Source: a virus (taxonomy: Duplodnaviria > Caudoviricetes). From it: a DNA stretch of 33,052 nt. Both the position numbers and the translations under genes were made by a program. Below the pieces are notes generated by a model. The model was not told where the DNA came from, made no database searches, and worked only from the letters and a program-made list of their open reading frames with translations. Every line of letters begins with the position of its first letter. The stretch's first letter is position 1. The DNA is taken from positions 1-33,052 of the IMG/VR virus record IMGVR_UViG_3300049222_000379. The stretch is one strand, 5' to 3'. Shown in pieces: positions 30,873 to 33,052 of this stretch.

Positions 30873-33052
30873 TTATTTTTCTCCATCTTGGTAGAATGGG
30901 CTAAGACCTTGCTCTATTCTTTGTAAAGCGTGTTGCTTTGCTTTCATAATAATAGACTCAGGAATGTTCTTAGCGTTTCCTTCAAGCTGCATATTCGCTA
31001 AAGTTTCTATTTCTTTTTTAGTGAGAGTAGGAACCATTGTAGGAACTTCCATTTCTTGCCCGTTTATTTCCATGCCGACAGAAACCTCTGTCATTGTCCC
31101 GCCTTCAACATTGTTTTGTACTGGACCTAGAAAGCCTTGTGCAGACTTTTTACTTCCGTCTGATCTGTACATGCTAGGATCTTCAACGCTTCCACCGACT
31201 TGATAGCCTCTCCTCGACTTGCTCTCTTTAGGTGTGTAGTACAACACCTCTTTATTTCTAATCATCTTATCAATTTTTCTTTCAGCTTCTTCATAGCTAT
31301 CAGCTTCAATGTTAAAGCCTTTGTTGTTGTTAGCTATGTCCATAGCCCCGCCCTTAATATCAAGCTCAATAAATTCTCTTAAGTTTGAAAGAAACCTTGT
31401 CGTTTCAGGGTAGTTGGCTTTTTGAGCAACAACGCCTAGAGCTAAGTGTCTTGCAGCATCACCACGACCGTCAAGCTGCTCGTTCTCAGGATATTTTTTA
31501 TCTATGTTCATAGCCCACTCAAGGCCTTCTTTCGGAACTCCTAAGGCTTCTGCAGCTGCGTCATAGCCTGCTTTTTTAATCCTGTCAACAAAACCACCTT
31601 CGTTAAACAACATACGCTTCTCAGGGTCTTCTTCATCTACGAAGGCTGACCCAGCTTGGATGTTGTAGGGTTGTCCTGTCATCTTGTCGATACGCTCATC
31701 AGGTTCAACAGGCGCGTTAGGTACTACGACCTCGCCGCCTTTTGCAAAATTACCTCGCATTGCTTCTTCTTCAGTCGGCAAATTTTTAACGCCTTCCATA
31801 GTCATTGAAGGCAGTTGAATTGTATCTCTATTAAAAGCTTTTTCTAGTTCTGCAGGCTCAACAGGCATAAGAGGCGTGTGGCTCATCCTATATTTAGCTT
31901 TAAATAATTCATTTTGATATTGCTCAAAAGGAAGATCATCAAAAACAAGCTTCTCGTAATCCGACCCTAGTCTTCCTTCAGTTAAAGGATCTTCTTCTAA
32001 AAATATTCCTTGACCAATATAAGCAGACTCAAGCTCGCTTATGCCGTTTTGTTGCATAATATATTGTGCGCGATCAGTACCTATTAAAGTTTGTGCAGCA
32101 AGAAAGTCTTCATACATGTCCTGTTGAATATCGTGCAGTGCTTTTTGTCGTCTAATATAACGCTCAACAAGATTGCCTGCTTTTTCTGTAAACCCAAAAG
32201 GTCTGGCAATAATTAAGTTTCTTTTAAACCTTGTATACTTTTTAACTTTAAACTTAAAAGCTTCTTCAGGATTAAATTCAGAAAAACGTATACCCGTAGC
32301 GTTTGCCATCATTTCTGCACCAAAATCACGAGGCTCTTTTGTGTGCGTTTGAGGTTTTTTAAATGCAGCCTCAGCAAGTTTTTTACCTGAATCTATTGAA
32401 CCGGGTTTAAAGGCATCAAACATTAAATAAAAAGCTTCGGCTCCTTGATCTATAGGAGACATTCCTTCAACAAAAATAGGCCTACCTTCCTTTGTGTAGC
32501 CGTTACCTCTAAAAGCATACATAAGATCTTGGGCTGCTTCAGTTACAATTGCTTCTCCAAAGTATGGAGAAAGTAAATTTATACCTGCTTCAGCAATAGC
32601 AAGCCCTAGCCGTTTTTCCAGCCCTTCACCTCGAAGTTTGCCACGCTCTACTTCTCTTATGGCTGCTGCAAAAGGCTCTTTAACAGTGCTGTAAGAATCT
32701 ATAAACTGAGTATCGTTTGTATAAATTGTGTCTCCAAAACGCACAACATTTCTAGGTGCGCTAGACCAAGGAGTTTCAGAAAGCTTTTGAATTGCTTTTT
32801 GCTCTTCCTCATCAAAACCAGCCCAGCGATATGACGCGTCTGATACCGCACTCCATCCTGCCATTGATGCACTAAATCCAGTAAGTCGCGTTGTTCCTCT
32901 TTTAATTAATTCTGCGTTTCCAGAGCTTATTTCTTTTGCGCTTTGTGTAATAATATGTGCTGATGTTCTTAGTATTTCTGCAGGAAAAGAAACAAAGTTA
33001 CCAAAAGGCAAATATCTAAATTCCTTGATTCCTTTTGGAACACGATCATAGT
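30873..33052 (-). CDS. Large internal virion (ejection) protein, partial, with modular C-terminal extensions
   Basis: Frame stays open to the window edge (YDRVPKGIKEFRYLPFGNFVSFPAEILRT...), so the listed start at 33011 is not the real start. Large helical protein upstream of the lysis genes. Confidence 0.7.
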   Translation of the reverse strand, partial: YDRVPKGIKEFRYLPFGNFVSFPAEILRTSAHIITQSAKEISSGNAELIKRGTTRLTGFSASMAGWSAVSDASYRWAGFDEEEQKAIQKLSETPWSSAPRNVVRFGDTIYTNDTQFIDSYSTVKEPFAAAIREVERGKLRGEGLEKRLGLAIAEAGINLLSPYFGEAIVTEAAQDLMYAFRGNGYTKEGRPIFVEGMSPIDQGAEAFYLMFDAFKPGSIDSGKKLAEAAFKKPQTHTKEPRDFGAEMMANATGIRFSEFNPEEAFKFKVKKYTRFKRNLIIARPFGFTEKAGNLVERYIRRQKALHDIQQDMYEDFLAAQTLIGTDRAQYIMQQNGISELESAYIGQGIFLEEDPLTEGRLGSDYEKLVFDDLPFEQYQNELFKAKYRMSHTPLMPVEPAELEKAFNRDTIQLPSMTMEGVKNLPTEEEAMRGNFAKGGEVVVPNAPVEPDERIDKMTGQPYNIQAGSAFVDEEDPEKRMLFNEGGFVDRIKKAGYDAAAEALGVPKEGLEWAMNIDKKYPENEQLDGRGDAARHLALGVVAQKANYPETTRFLSNLREFIELDIKGGAMDIANNNKGFNIEADSYEEAERKIDKMIRNKEVLYYTPKESKSRRGYQVGGSVEDPSMYRSDGSKKSAQGFLGPVQNNVEGGTMTEVSVGMEINGQEMEVPTMVPTLTKKEIETLANMQLEGNAKNIPESIIMKAKQHALQRIEQGLSPFYQDGEK

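Overview
Almost-complete, circularly permuted genome of a lytic marine-type podovirus. It has a T7-like replication module but no phage RNA polymerase, and a two-arm layout resembling SIO1/cobavirus-type Zobellviridae (family assignment is inference). The minus-strand morphogenesis arm reads terS (13896) -> terL -> portal -> 428-aa protein -> scaffold -> capsid -> tail proteins -> a tail fibre of more than 1090 aa that runs off the left edge. It presumably continues at the right edge as a large internal virion protein, an endolysin, small basic proteins and a holin-like gene. The plus-strand early/replication arm (14912-29345) holds many small early genes, SSB, primase-helicase, PolA, four PD-(D/E)xK nucleases and a class II (B12) RNR. 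A ~1 kb non-coding region (13897-14911) has divergent sigma70 promoters, short repeats and probably the genome ends. Best leads: (1) a strictly spaced R-x-x-[FYMK]-x-x-G-G motif, present 10 times in three virion-arm proteins, that divides them into modules, with a candidate processing domain at the usual prohead-protease locus; (2) a ~400-nt highly structured early leader RNA containing a four-way junction; (3) a triple-repeat RNA element in the scaffold 5' UTR. All family calls come from motif recognition by eye; no database searches were run.
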